Shown here: piece by piece, positions 13,952 to 26,000 of the stretch
Layout: each line of letters opens with the position of its first letter
Position numbering within the stretch: position 1 is the first letter of the stretch
Source: Eledone cirrhosa
Taxonomy: Eukaryota
DNA: 64,000 bases
Reading direction: 5' to 3'
Assembly (NCBI GenBank): GCA_964016885.1
Contig: OZ024740.1
Coordinates: 191,580,001 to 191,644,000, forward strand
The notes under the pieces: model-generated
The model's database searches: none
Told to the model about the DNA's origin: nothing
What the model saw: the letters and a program-made list of their open reading frames with translations, nothing else
Program-made: the position numbers and the translations under genes

Positions 13952-16900
13952 TTACAGATAAATGCTCAGAGTAGGCCCATTCAATCGGGCCATTCTTGCT
14001 TCTCTCACCCATCTTTCAACAAAATGCTGGGAAGAGAGCACTTCCCTCTCTACTCTGATTTTCCTTTTCAAATGAAATTTGAAAAAGTCTATCAGAGCAT
14101 CACCGAAGAGGTAAGTGCTCGTCTTCAGCCCTTTCAAACGTGTCCACCATACTATCTCTTTCGCCATGGCCACCAGGCAGATAAAAACTGCCTGCCCTTC
14201 CCGGCTAAAGGAGGAGGGCGGGGCAATCCTCACGATGGACTCAGATGATAGCCGGATCCGTCCTAAACGCGACAGCAGGTGTTCGACATAAACCCACAAG
14301 TCAGCAATTTTCGGACACTGGACGAGTGCGTGCTGGACGGTTTCGTCGCCCTGCGCGCATCTCGGACATGCCCGGCTGACGGCACCTCCATGCCTGTAGA
14401 GTTTATCTCGAACTGGCAAGGCTCCTCGGTAGCACTGCCAGGTCAGAGATTTCTGGAAGTTGTCCATAGGCCCCGGCTCGAAAGTTCTTCCGAAGAGATT
14501 GGCTAGTTGATTTTCGTCGACGCCTAGAGTTTCCCCAAGTACGTCGTTGCTCTTACCCTCCACTAATCCTCTATAGAACGCCGAGGTGGAGTTTCCACCG
14601 ATCACATTGCCCGATTGGTCGAGGGCTATGAGCGCCTGAAGACATTCCAGTCTCCAGGCGCTCCCTCTCGGTCTTCGCTTGACCCAGGACTGCAGCTCCG
14701 TCAAGGAAACGAGCTGGGGATATACGCGCCTAGCAAACGGCGACCACAGCTGATCCCCGTCGAGGAAGAGGTGGAGATGTCGTAGCCTGAGCGCGTGCCT
14801 GCGCATCATCAGCCACGGCACGCCCAGCCCTCCACGTAGCGGGTGTTGACAACAGATGGACCTCCTGACCATCGGAGCGCGTCCCTTCCACAAAAAGCGA
14901 AAGAGCAAACGCTCCAGCGCAGTCAGGCGAGGCTTAGGACAAGGTACGACGGTCAGGCGGTAGCAGATGACAGACGTGATGTACGCGTTAGTCACCTCCG
15001 CTCGACCTTTCAGGGATAGCTTCCTCACCGCCCATTTCTGGGTGAGAGAAGCCACCCTGCTTGTCACCTCGTCCCAGTTTTTGTCCGTCTGGAGGTCCGG
15101 AGCGAACCAGACCCCTAGCAATTTAACCGGTCCGTCCGTCCAGCGTCCGACGACGCTGTTGGACGGCATGGACCTGCCTCTCCAGGTGCCGAGCTGCAGG
15201 CCCACTGACTTTTCCTGGTTGATCTTTGCTCCTGTCACCGCTCCGTATTCTCTTAGTGTAGTGCCGATCGCCTCGATGTGTTTGGCGTTCGACACCACTA
15301 CGGTGACATCGTCCGCATATGCTGACACGGATCTTCCGCATCCTAGTTCGCGCGGGATTCCCCTCAACGTCTCCAGTTTGTGCAGTAATGGCTCGAGAGT
15401 CAATACGTACAAGAGGGACGTGAGGGGACATCCTTGGCGGACCGAGCGCATGATGTTGAACGGTTCCGACAGGTGACCGTTCACTCTCACCACAGAGCAG
15501 ATGTCGCTGTGCATGGCAGCGATCCAGCCTCTGAAGACGGGCCCAAAGCCAGCCGCCCTCAGGACTGCTGCTAGGTAACGATGGTCGACACTATTGAAAG
15601 CTTTCGACTGATCTAAATTGATCAAGGACCCACCCGTGCCAGGTTCCTTAGCTACCATCTCTATGAAGTATCGCATGAGGTTGAGGTTGTCGTGGAGGGA
15701 TCTGTCGGGAATGGCGCATGGCTGCGCCTCTCCCACCAGACCACCAACGACAAGCGCCAACCTCTTTGCTAGCACCTTGGCCAAAATCTTGAACTCTGTG
15801 TTTAGCAGAGTTATGGGCCGGAAATTGTCTATGTTATCCCCCTTGTTCGGATCCTTTCTCAGCAGTGCCACCGCTCCTCGGCTCACGGAACTGGGAATTC
15901 TCCCGTTCTGTTGCCAGTTGCAGTAGACGTCCGCCAAGAGGCCTCCGAACAAGTCTGGCATCTGTACGTAAAGTTCATAGGGCAGACCATCCAAACCAGG
16001 CGATTTACCCCTTGTGCAGCCAGTCATTGCCTCCCTTACTTCAGCGGCTGTTATCGGCTTTTCGCAACACTTCGCCTCAGTGGCCGAGAGCCGCGGCAGT
16101 CCGTCGAGGTAGACACTAAAGTCCATCCCTCGACCCGGCCCACTGCTGCCCCCGAGCAGCTGAGCGAAGTGTCGCTGAAAAGCTTCACACATTTGCCCGG
16201 GATCGAGTAGCATGCGCCCGTTGTGGTCCACCAAAGACCGGATCGTGGCTTTGTTGCCACGACGCGCCTCTGCCACTCGGGCCCATTGAACGGCTTTCGT
16301 CCCCTCGTGTCTGAGAGCACACACCCTTGCTCTGACAACGCAGCCTTCGTGCTTTGCATTGAAGAATTGGTCAAGGGCCAATTTCGCCGCAAGCACGTCG
16401 GTCGCAATGCCTTTGCTAAGCGCCTCGTCTAATGTTCTAACTAGTTCTCCCTCTGCTCTATATTCCTCTATTGCTAAAGCCTTACTAAACCTAATCGATT
16501 CTATTCTAATCGCTCTTTTCAGAGGAAACCACCACTTGTTGTTGACGATGGCCCCCGTCAACGCCCGCTTAACTAGTTCGCTAATCCGGTCTCTGTAGGC
16601 CTTGCGCGCTGGTAAGGACGCGTTTAGCTTCCAGTAGCCGGGTCCTCGTCTATGAAGCCTATCTAAGTCGAGCACACAGATCACGAATTTGTGGTCCGTG
16701 TAGCTGACTATCGTGAATTGTGGACAGCCTATGCTAGACCTATCTATTTCCCTACAAAATACTCTATCTAGATATGATCTGGATGACCCTATGCGGTTTG
16801 TCCAAGTCCACATTGGCACATTCGGGAAATCCAATCGGTACCTGTCAGACAGTTCAAAACGCCTGAGCAGGTTGGTGAGGTTCTTGCACCCTCCAGCCCT

Positions 16901-17371
16901 ATCCGCTAATCCCACACAGTCCCAGCGTGCATCTAAGATCCCGTTCCAGTCGCCCACTAACACTAAAGAGCGGGACGTTCCAAGAAAGGTCTCCAGACGC
17001 CGGAAGAAATCAGGCCTCCCTGCTCCTGTCGGGGCATAGACGGCCACTAGGCTGAAAGCTTGCCCGTCTCCGCTGGTCACGTCCAGCACCGCCAGCTTAC
17101 CCTCTGGGTCCAGGAAGATGGCCCGTATGGCGAGATCCAAACCTCTCCGTAAAAGCACAGCAACTCCTCCACCCGATCCAGGACGGCTGGGAGATACGTA
17201 CACATCGTAGCCGCCGAAGATCGGTGCGAAGGCCCGTGCTTCGGAGATTCTGGTCTCGCTGATGGCCACTACATCTATGTTTAGTGACCTGAGGTCGTTG
17301 AGCAGGTGACCCTGCTTCCATAACGACCCCAAGCCATGCGCATTTATGCTGCCTATTCTGAGTGAGGTCAT
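13952..17371 (-). CDS. Tx1-type ORF2 polyprotein: APE endonuclease + reverse transcriptase + zf-RVT (1139 aa, uninterrupted)
   Basis: APE motifs SINAHGL, AISET, AVYAP, VGDWN, TWTN, SYLDR, YTDH; RT motifs GKSPGLDG, FRPITLLN, LDQSKAFNSV, VRQGCPL, AYADDV; C-terminal CPRC...ETVQHALVQC. Confidence 0.95.
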   Translation of the reverse strand: MTSLRIGSINAHGLGSLWKQGHLLNDLRSLNIDVVAISETRISEARAFAPIFGGYDVYVSPSRPGSGGGVAVLLRRGLDLAIRAIFLDPEGKLAVLDVTSGDGQAFSLVAVYAPTGAGRPDFFRRLETFLGTSRSLVLVGDWNGILDARWDCVGLADRAGGCKNLTNLLRRFELSDRYRLDFPNVPMWTWTNRIGSSRSYLDRVFCREIDRSSIGCPQFTIVSYTDHKFVICVLDLDRLHRRGPGYWKLNASLPARKAYRDRISELVKRALTGAIVNNKWWFPLKRAIRIESIRFSKALAIEEYRAEGELVRTLDEALSKGIATDVLAAKLALDQFFNAKHEGCVVRARVCALRHEGTKAVQWARVAEARRGNKATIRSLVDHNGRMLLDPGQMCEAFQRHFAQLLGGSSGPGRGMDFSVYLDGLPRLSATEAKCCEKPITAAEVREAMTGCTRGKSPGLDGLPYELYVQMPDLFGGLLADVYCNWQQNGRIPSSVSRGAVALLRKDPNKGDNIDNFRPITLLNTEFKILAKVLAKRLALVVGGLVGEAQPCAIPDRSLHDNLNLMRYFIEMVAKEPGTGGSLINLDQSKAFNSVDHRYLAAVLRAAGFGPVFRGWIAAMHSDICSVVRVNGHLSEPFNIMRSVRQGCPLTSLLYVLTLEPLLHKLETLRGIPRELGCGRSVSAYADDVTVVVSNAKHIEAIGTTLREYGAVTGAKINQEKSVGLQLGTWRGRSMPSNSVVGRWTDGPVKLLGVWFAPDLQTDKNWDEVTSRVASLTQKWAVRKLSLKGRAEVTNAYITSVICYRLTVVPCPKPRLTALERLLFRFLWKGRAPMVRRSICCQHPLRGGLGVPWLMMRRHALRLRHLHLFLDGDQLWSPFARRVYPQLVSLTELQSWVKRRPRGSAWRLECLQALIALDQSGNVIGGNSTSAFYRGLVEGKSNDVLGETLGVDENQLANLFGRTFEPGPMDNFQKSLTWQCYRGALPVRDKLYRHGGAVSRACPRCAQGDETVQHALVQCPKIADLWVYVEHLLSRLGRIRLSSESIVRIAPPSSFSREGQAVFICLVAMAKEIVWWTRLKGLKTSTYLFGDALIDFFKFHLKRKIRVEREVLSSQHFVERWVREARMARLNGPTLSIYL

Positions 17372-17406
17372 GTTTAAAATAGAGTGGAAAAGATAGGAAA
17401 GACCAC

Positions 17407-18117
17407 TTACCGTGCTTTTGGTAGAGGAGGGATGGTTTTTACATCCCTTTTCACTTGATCGTCTGGTGAAGGGACCGTTGAATCGTCCCTTCGGCTGGTC
17501 GTCGGCTCTTCCGCTGCCTTGCAGATTGCTCGGTGTCCATTCTTTGTCACCATCTTCTTCGCTTCCTCTAATTCCTCATTTGTTATGAGGATTGTTTCCA
17601 AGTTTTTCGCAATACCTGCAAATGAGATTGGTTTTTCTCTGCTGCTGCTGTTGTTGTTGTCGTCAGAGCTGCTGGTACTTTTGTTGTTGCTGCAGGTACT
17701 ACGACTACTGCCTCCGCCGCTGTTGCTGTGGTTGTTGTTGGTGTTGCTGCTGCTAATGATGTTGTTGTTTATGCTGCTGGTGATGCTGTTGCGGCTGCTA
17801 CTGTTGTTTTCATTGTCACTGTTGCTGTTGTTATTACGGCTGCTACTGCTATTATTCCTGACGTCAGACGAATGAACTGGGTTTTCGTATTTCCCGCACA
17901 CCTGTTTCGTCGCTGTCGTCGTCGTCGTGGAGAAACCTTGCACGCTTTGCACGAGACTTTTCTTTTCTTTCGTCACTTGCGAAAGAGAAGGGAGGGAGAG
18001 AGACACATTTAAAGAAGGGAGGGAGCGAGACAATCTTCTCTCTGCTGTAGTGATGATTGAGGAAGAAGAAGACGGAATGAGTGGGAGTGACGTATGAAAT
18101 TTCTTTTTCGTAGCCAT
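17407..18117 (-). CDS. Putative ORF1 of the Tx1 element (236 aa, S/N/T low-complexity, no CCHC knuckle visible)
   Basis: Same strand as ORF2 and ends 35 nt before its start; long Ser/Asn-rich tract encoded by (CAG/CAA/AAC)-type repeats. Confidence 0.55.
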   Translation of the reverse strand: MATKKKFHTSLPLIPSSSSSIITTAERRLSRSLPSLNVSLSLPSLSQVTKEKKSLVQSVQGFSTTTTTATKQVCGKYENPVHSSDVRNNSSSSRNNNSNSDNENNSSSRNSITSSINNNIISSSNTNNNHSNSGGGSSRSTCSNNKSTSSSDDNNNSSSREKPISFAGIAKNLETILITNEELEEAKKMVTKNGHRAICKAAEEPTTSRRDDSTVPSPDDQVKRDVKTIPPLPKAR

Positions 18118-18331
18118 GTTGTTTTTTGTTTAAAATGAATATTGGGTACAAAACCCCAATAACTGGTTATTTAACCCCGAAGGGCCAAATAACGGACAGA
18201 AAGACCCCTCTCACGAGGAGGAGGGTGTCTTTATCAACAATTTGGTTCAAGTTTTAAACAATTTACAATTGTTTTAACGGTTAAAAATTACTATACCTTA
18301 CAGAACCGAGCATCCGTCAACCATGGCATTC

Positions 18332-18365
<34 letters not shown>

Positions 18366-18367
<2 letters not shown>

Positions 18368-18522
18368 TGTTTCTACGTTTGGCACAAGTCCAGCAATTAT
18401 CCAGTGCATTACTGGTACTTTATTTTATCAACTCCGTAAGGCTGAAAGGCAAAGTTAACCTCGGCGGGATTTGAACTCAGAATGGCAAGGGCCGTAACTC
18501 TATACGTCAAAGCATGGCGTCC

Positions 18523-18524
<2 letters not shown>
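18366..18524 (-). mobile_element. tRNA-derived SINE, 5'-truncated, between (AAT)n tracts
   Basis: Reverse complement aligns with the SINE at 21997-22190 (B box GAGTTCAAATCC; core CTTTGCCTTTCA...GATAAAATAAAGTACCAGT). Confidence 0.85.
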
Positions 18525-18586
<62 letters not shown>

Positions 18587-18589
18587 CTT

Positions 18590-19590
18590 ATTGTCACACT
18601 AAGAGAAAGGATGCCGAAAAAATTCCCTAGGTACAAAGAACCAGTTACTTATTGATAAGATGGTAAATAGGAATTGCAAGAGGAGACATACTGGTCTTGC
18701 CATGGGATGGATATTTTACGAGAAGTCATTCGACATGGTTCCTCATTCTTGGAAAACAAAACGCCTTCAAGGTGGCAGACAACATCAAACAGCTATTAAG
18801 TAAAAATATGAAGTCCTGGGAATTAGAGCTAACATTAGTTGGAGAATCATTTGGGGGCGGGGGGGTCATGAGCGTTATCTTCCAATGAGATACTTTGTCT
18901 CCTTTGTTGATTGTCCTTACCGTAATATACTTGTCCCTCATATTGTGAAAAGTGAAAGCAGAATACAAGCTGGGAAGAAGGGTACTTACCATCAACCACT
19001 TTCTCTTCATGGATGACCTAAAACTATTTAGGAAAAGAGAGATGGAGTTGGATTTACTTTTTAACACTGTCCGTATTTTCAGCAATGATATATGGGATTT
19101 GTTGTTAAGTGTTGAGTCCTGGTGATGAAGAGGGGCAAATTGAACATAAGCAATGGAAGCCAGGGTCCAACAGGTGAGATGATAAAGGAAATAGACACTG
19201 AAGAGGGATACAATATATCGGTGTTCTGGAGGCAGATTACATCAAGAACAATAAAATGAAGGAATTGATAAGTTCTGAATACATAATGAGAGTAAGGAAC
19301 ATCTAAATAGTAGGAATAACGTATGTGCAGTACATTCACGAGCTGTGTCTATTAATATGAGGGAATTCTGAAATAAAATGTTACTGAACAAAAAGAAATG
19401 GATAGAGGGACTAGAAAGCTAATGACTACCTACAGCATGTTCCACAAGAGCAGTGATGTTGATATACTCTACTTAAGAGATATGAAGGTGGAAGTGAACT
19501 TATCAGCATATACGACTGTGTTCAGATGGAGAAAAGCAGTCTGCAGAAATATGTTTCTGAAAGTAGGGAGCCAATGCTCAAAGTTGTACT
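18590..19590 (+). mobile_element. Dong/R4 family B RT-region fragment, decayed
   Basis: Reads FQ*DTLSPLL and INHFLFMDDLKLF. Nucleotides 19150-19590 align with 12295-12760 (ccaacaggtgagatgataaaggaaat...). Confidence 0.8.
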
Positions 19591-21326
19591 TGTCCCCATC
19601 CCTTTCGGATATGTCCACCACATTACTACTTTCACCTTGTCCACCTAGCAGATAAACACTCTCTTCCGTTCCCAGCTAAAGGAAGGCAATCTTCACTATA
19701 GACTCATAAGTCAACGAAGCAGGATAATGTCACACCTTGCATACATCTCTGACATGCCCAGTTGACGGCATTTAGATGCCGGTTGATTTTATCCTGAATT
19801 GGTGATGCTTCCCAGAATGTCTGGCCGGTTATTTATGTATGTTCAAGTGAACCTGTACCTTACGTTCTCCAGAAAAAGTGGCTATTTGATAATTGCTATC
19901 ATTGATGCCCAGTGTCTTCCCCAGAACATTATCACACGTAGCCCCCACTAACCCTTGTGGAGTTTCCAGGATCATATTGTCCCATGGGCACCTCTTGCAG
20001 TAGGCGTTGCTGTGTTGCTTTGGTGCACTTTCATATAACGTTTCAGTCTACTAAATAATTTTAAAAGTAAATAATTATCAAATCCAAGCCAATTTATTGA
20101 TTAAAGTTAAGTGAAATTGAGGTAGGATATCATTAAACTGCTGACAAATATTGCAAACAACTGTCCAATTGACTGGACATATAATAATTTAAACCTATTC
20201 TCTAGATATCCTTGATTTGTAAAGATTCTCTGCAGGCAAATAATCATCTACGCAATGTCATTTCTATTTATCAGAGAACCATATTTTCCCTCATGCATAC
20301 ATTTCTGTGATGTCATTGAACCACTGACATCTCAGCTAACTTAAGCTTTCCTCATAAACTTTAGTATCTCTCTCTCTAGTTACTTAAATGAAATATCAAA
20401 AAAGTGTTGCAAATCTGTCAGCCAACATAGTATACCAAATGTATTACAATGACATAGTTGGTGTCTACATTTGAAATGATCATGTGAGGACAATACCATA
20501 TATTATTTCATATCTATAATTTATTTTTATTCAATTGGCATATTTTCAATTGAGTTATTTAAATTCCATCATTTTCTTCAGATATTGCCTTACAGAAGCA
20601 AAATATTTGCACTAGCTTATTTTTCTATATTTTATATTTTATGAATGAACATATTTTTTCTTTTAACAATATTTTCTTCTAAACTTAATAAAAACACAAT
20701 ATATATTTTAACATAATTCTTGGAAAGTCATTTTATTTGCAGTTATTTTCGAGATATTTCTGATCTGTTGTGCATAACTTGATAAACTATCATGTAGTAA
20801 GCTGCAGGTTCTAAGAAGATGGCTTTCATGCCAAAAGAAGTGACAGATATAACAGATACTTATGCGTAGCAGAAGAAGTTGATATATCATTATACAAGTC
20901 AATAATCATTTATTTTTATTTTTATAAGAAAGGTAGTCATTATAATAATACCACCAACAAAAGGCTTTATGAACCGCTGAATAACAATAGACAAACTTGC
21001 ACATCTATCAACCCCTAAACATCTTTACCTCTAAAATATAAGTCTTATGATTTACATAATGTGTGATCATAGATAGTTTCAAATCTTCTTCTTTGCTGAC
21101 GACCCTGAGTTTAACATCTATGATTCATCTATTAATGGTGAAATATATTTCTTTAATGGAATAAATACAAAGGAGACTAATCATTAGTGCAAGGTGTCAG
21201 TATGCACATTTTTCATTAAATGTTGATGTTACTCTGTAACAATGTGTGCTTACATTCTTTACAAATTATCCTGTCAACGTTAGATATGTTTATTTTATAT
21301 ATGTTAATCGACTTTTAATTTAATTG

Positions 21327-21367
<41 letters not shown>

Positions 21368-21736
21368 CTGAGTTTTTCGAATATTAATAAACAAATTTGA
21401 CTCGTTTGTAATTATGCAAACAGCCTCCTTAAGCATGTCAGTCAGTAGAAAGACTCCACCATTCTTGCTCTTCTGTTAGCATGTAAACAGAACAGCAGAA
21501 ACTATTGTTTCTGGATGATTACCCTTCGTCAGTATAGTACACTGGTTACTTGCTAACACTCTGAGCTAGTGAAAAGATATATTTTCTAAAATATACAGTG
21601 ACTGGTCGGCCTGGTTTGGATACTAGCAGACTGCCTCATCAGCCAGATTTGCATCATAAGATAGGCCAGTCAGTTTGTTATATATATCCTCCTCCTCATC
21701 ATTGTTTAACGTCTATCTTCCAAGCTAGCAAGGGTT

Positions 21737-21801
<65 letters not shown>

Positions 21802-21996
21802 TATAAATTACACAAGTATCAAAGTTATGTTCAAATCATTTAATCGCTGACAATTTTTCTGTAAAACACCTGATGTCCTTACATAGAGCTCTTACTGGTA
21901 ATAAAGTAGTAATAAATTACTGATCTTTCCTGTTTATAGTTATTTATAGTATAGTATATACATAATTATAAATAGTATCATTATTATTATATATAA

Positions 21997-22188
21997 GGGC
22001 GGGGGATTGGCAGTAACGGATGAGGGTCGGACGTCATGCCTTGACGCATATAGTTACGGCCCTTGCCATGCTGAGTTCAAATCCCGCAGAGGTTAATTTT
22101 GCCTTTCATACTTACGTGGTCGATAAAATAAAGTACCAGTAATGCACTGGAATAATTGCTGGCCTTGTGCCAGAAGTAGAAACAATTG

Positions 22189-22212
<24 letters not shown>
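21997..22212 (+). mobile_element. Full-length tRNA-derived SINE with Pol III A/B boxes and (TTA)n tail
   Basis: A-box-like TGGCAGTAACGG (22008-22019), B box GAGTTCAAATCC (22073-22084), conserved core GCCTTTCAT...GGTCGATAAAATAAAGTACCAGT. Further copies at 18366-18524 (-) and 29394-29490 (+). Confidence 0.85.
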
Positions 22213-22242
<30 letters not shown>

Positions 22243-22890
22243 GAGGGAGAGAGAAAGTATGTATATGTTTTATATATATATATATATATAGTAGGTAATC
22301 AAAGCTGACCTTGCACAATTGTACCTCAAGAATACTTTGACATAATACAGAGATCACTAGTGATGTGAAGTAATACAGAAGACATGTCTTCCAATATGCA
22401 TGGCATTAGCATACATCTTCTATGTACTACTCCCCACCCCCACATACGCCCATGCACTTTAAAGCCATTGCCCTGCCACCCTTGCACCTCTTATTTCCTA
22501 AAACCCCATGTATGCCTGAATAAACTACCCACCTACAAATGCTCCTAGATGTGTCTGCAATCACGCCAACCATAAATATAATATAGTTCAGATGCTGAGA
22601 TAATACATAAACCACACAGTAAATTGGTCATATATATATATGGCCAATTTATTGTGTGGTCTACGCAAAGGAGATCCAGCCCAAACTGTAAAGTGCTTAT
22701 TTAGGTGACATGACACAATATGCATAGCCCACACTTTCAAATAGTCACGTAGGTGTCATGATAAAAAATAACACTGAGCACACACTGTAAATGCGGGTGG
22801 AAATAGATGTTAAACAATTATGATGATGATACAGATACATATATACATATTTATATATATATTTACACACACACACACACACATACACAC

Positions 22891-22921
<31 letters not shown>

Positions 22922-23016
22922 CATACATATATATTTATATACACTGCTGAATCTGTTTGTACTGCACTCTACGTCATTGTTTTTGTTTTTAACTTATATA
23001 TATATATATATACATG

Positions 23017-23059
<43 letters not shown>

Positions 23060-23060
<1 letters not shown>

Positions 23061-26000
23061 AATAAAATGAAAGGATGCTGGACTTGTGTAAATCCTTGAA
23101 AGGTTTATTATACTATGATCATTTAAATGACCGGGTTCCGTATGAATCCGGTGATGTCATCAGGTATTCGAATTATAATAAATGAATGTAATAGATAAAA
23201 TCCATGGGGCTGAAAATGAAAGACCGGAGGAAGACCAACCATCTAGCATCTTCCTCTTTAACGGGTTGCTCTCAAGTGCTGGCTATTCATTCGATTTGAG
23301 GGGGTAAAGCTTAAAGTGTGCTACTACACTCCCGGTCAAATAGAAGAAAAACAGAAAGGGAGAGGAAGATAAGTCTGCGTTATTATCATGCTACACCAAA
23401 AAAGACAGAAAGAAGGGGTAAGCAAGGGAAGAAGAAGAAAAGTCAGCGTTAATGTCGGGCTACAAGAAGAGAGACAGAAAAAAAAGAGGAAGAAAAGTCC
23501 GTACCAATGTCAAGTAAGTCAGGCCAGGAATGGCGCGAAAATAAATGTATTCTAAAGGACCCGTATCTTAACAGAGGTATATATTATAACAGAGGTAAGT
23601 ATAGTGGGGGTCTGCATGTTATAATGTGTAAGCAAAGGATTGGAACGTTAACATTTTGTTTAGATTTATAGGATGAAGTTACAAAAATTTAATATTTAAC
23701 GTTATAAAATTAAATAAATTAGAAAATTGAAAATTAAACAGTTTAAAATTGTTAAGGTTTTGGTTACGAGGTTTAAGTAAAGAAAGAGTCTTTTATGAAG
23801 AAACTTAAATTGTATTATAGAGTAAAAATGATGTCTTTGTTTAATAGTCAAACAGCATGCGGCGAGTGCAGGCTCTGTCGGCCCATCCTAACCACGTGTC
23901 AGCCCTTCCGAGTGAGATCGCCTAGCAAAAGTTATGGAAATCAATTTTTCCAAGCACTCTAGGAATGTATAACAGGCTTCAGGTGCGCCAGTGGGAAGTC
24001 AGCCCTATACATTAGGCTATCCTTGTACCAAACCAGTACTATTAATTTACCCAGGAGGGGGATTTGTTTAAGTAGAGGGAGGTGTGATACATCTAATAGT
24101 TATGATTAGGTCTACAATTTAAAGGGACTATATGGCGGTGAAAAAAACCAGCTGCGCGCCGGGCCGAATCGATCCGCTCCTAGTAGTTTCATTTACCGAA
24201 AGAAGGGGATATTTACTTTTCCAAGCACTCAAGGTTGGCCTATGCGCTAGGGGGCCGGTCCCGCAGCCAGCCAGGAAAACCAACCCAACAGTCCGACAGA
24301 AAGTTGGTACGTTAAATTATTGTTTAGATTAATAGGATGAAGTTAAAAAATTAAAGATTAACATTATAAATCTAAAGAGTTAGTAAATTGAGAATTAAAC
24401 AGTTAGAACATTGAACATTAAACAGTTTAAAACTTTTTAAAGGTTTTGGGTTGCGAGGTTTAGTTAAAGAGAGAGTCTTTTCTGAAGAAACTTTAATTGT
24501 ATTATAGATATCCTCTATAAAGTATCCTAGTGGGATGTAGAGTAAAGGATAAGTCCTTGTTTAGCAGTCAGACAGCATGTGGCGACTGCAGACCCCGGCC
24601 AGCCCATGCAGATCACATATCAGCCATTCCGAGTGAGATCGCCTAGCGAAAGATATGGAAATCAATTATTCCAAGCACTCGAGGAATGTATTCCAGGCTT
24701 CGGGTGTGCTAGTGGGGAATCATCCATCGTCGTTATGCCGTCGTTATGCCAAACGAGTACTATTAATGTATACAGGAGAGTCCGGGTAATATGTATTTTT
24801 ATTCTCGGGGGAGACATTCTAGTGTCGTGTGCTAATGGGTACACACGATTAGAAGTCCTAATAAGAGGAGTAAAAAATACATGGATATATAGACGTAGAA
24901 TACGTGGAAAAAGCACATTAATAAAGCAACGTAGAAATATATAAATAAACAAACAAGAGTGGTGGTGGAGTAAAATGGAGAAATGAAAACACAGGAGAAA
25001 TACTATATATTTCACGTTGCAGTATTTTTGTTATCAGGGGGAGACAATCTAATATCGTGTATTAATGGGTACGAGCGAGTAAAAGTCCGAATAAGAGGAG
25101 TAAAAAATACATGGATATATATAAGTAGAATACGTGGAAAAAGCACATTAATAAAGCAGAGGTAGAAAAATATAAATAAACAAACAAGAGTGGTGGTGGA
25201 GTAAAATGGAGAAATTAAAACACAGGAGAAATACAAAATAGTTCAAGTTGCAGTCAGATAATACATATAGATGTGGAAATGGAATCAGTGTGTGTTCGAG
25301 TCTGAGAATTCAGTGTAAGTTACACAGGCCCTAAAGTATAGGGTAGAGAATTTAGTCAATACAGTACAGTACAATACAGGTTATGGTATAATCCGTAGAA
25401 TTTTGTAGAAGTCTGAATATTCCGAGAGGGAAGTAGCATTGGGCCACGTGGGCGGTAGACAAAACTCAGAGTAGTCAAAATCGGAATGGTGGTTAGATCT
25501 ATTCAGTCCCATGCCGCTGTTCATTATTACATTTGGAAGTGCCCAACATTTCAGGAGCATTATTTATTCAGGTTTGAGGTTCACCACTGGATAGAGCTGG
25601 TCAATTCCGTATGGTCAATCTTAATGTAATAATATGGAGAGTACTGACCGCCATATAGTCCCTTTAAATTGTAGACCTAATCATAACTATTAGATGCATC
25701 ACGCCTCCCTCTACTTAAACAAATGCCCCTCCTGGGTAAATTAATAGTATTGGTTTGGTACAAGGATGGCCTAACGATGAGGGCTGACTTCCCACTGGCG
25801 CACCTGAAGCCTGTTATACATTCCTAGAGTGCTTGGAAAAATTGATTTCCATATCTTTTGCTAGGCGATCTCATTCGGAAGGACTGACACGCGGTTAGGA
25901 TGGGCCGACAGAGCCTGCAGTCGCCGCATTCTGTTTGACTGCTAAACAAAGACATAATTTTTACTCTATGATACAATTTAAGTTTCTTCATAAAAGACTC

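Larger units (their letters stand above)
13691..18331 (-). mobile_element. Tx1/L1-clade non-LTR retrotransposon, apparently 5'-to-3' complete, flanked on both sides by (AAT)n
   Basis: Two tandem minus-strand ORFs. Minus-strand AATAAA (tttatt 13697-13702) lies next to the left (AAT)n tract, and the right boundary abuts (AAT)n at 18332. Much higher GC and CpG than the flanks. Confidence 0.92.

Noticed and set aside
14279-17039. Plus-strand ORFs overlapping Tx1 ORF2
   Set aside because: Antisense shadows of a GC-rich coding region with no recognisable domains.
21997-22090. tRNA gene
   Set aside because: A/B boxes are present but there is no cloverleaf; it continues into a SINE core and tail and is multi-copy.
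23700-23830. KKESFMKKLKL as a GIY-YIG C-terminal remnant in the inverted-repeat arm
   Set aside because: Too short, in AT-rich sequence, opposite to the ribozyme-sense strand and without upstream motifs.
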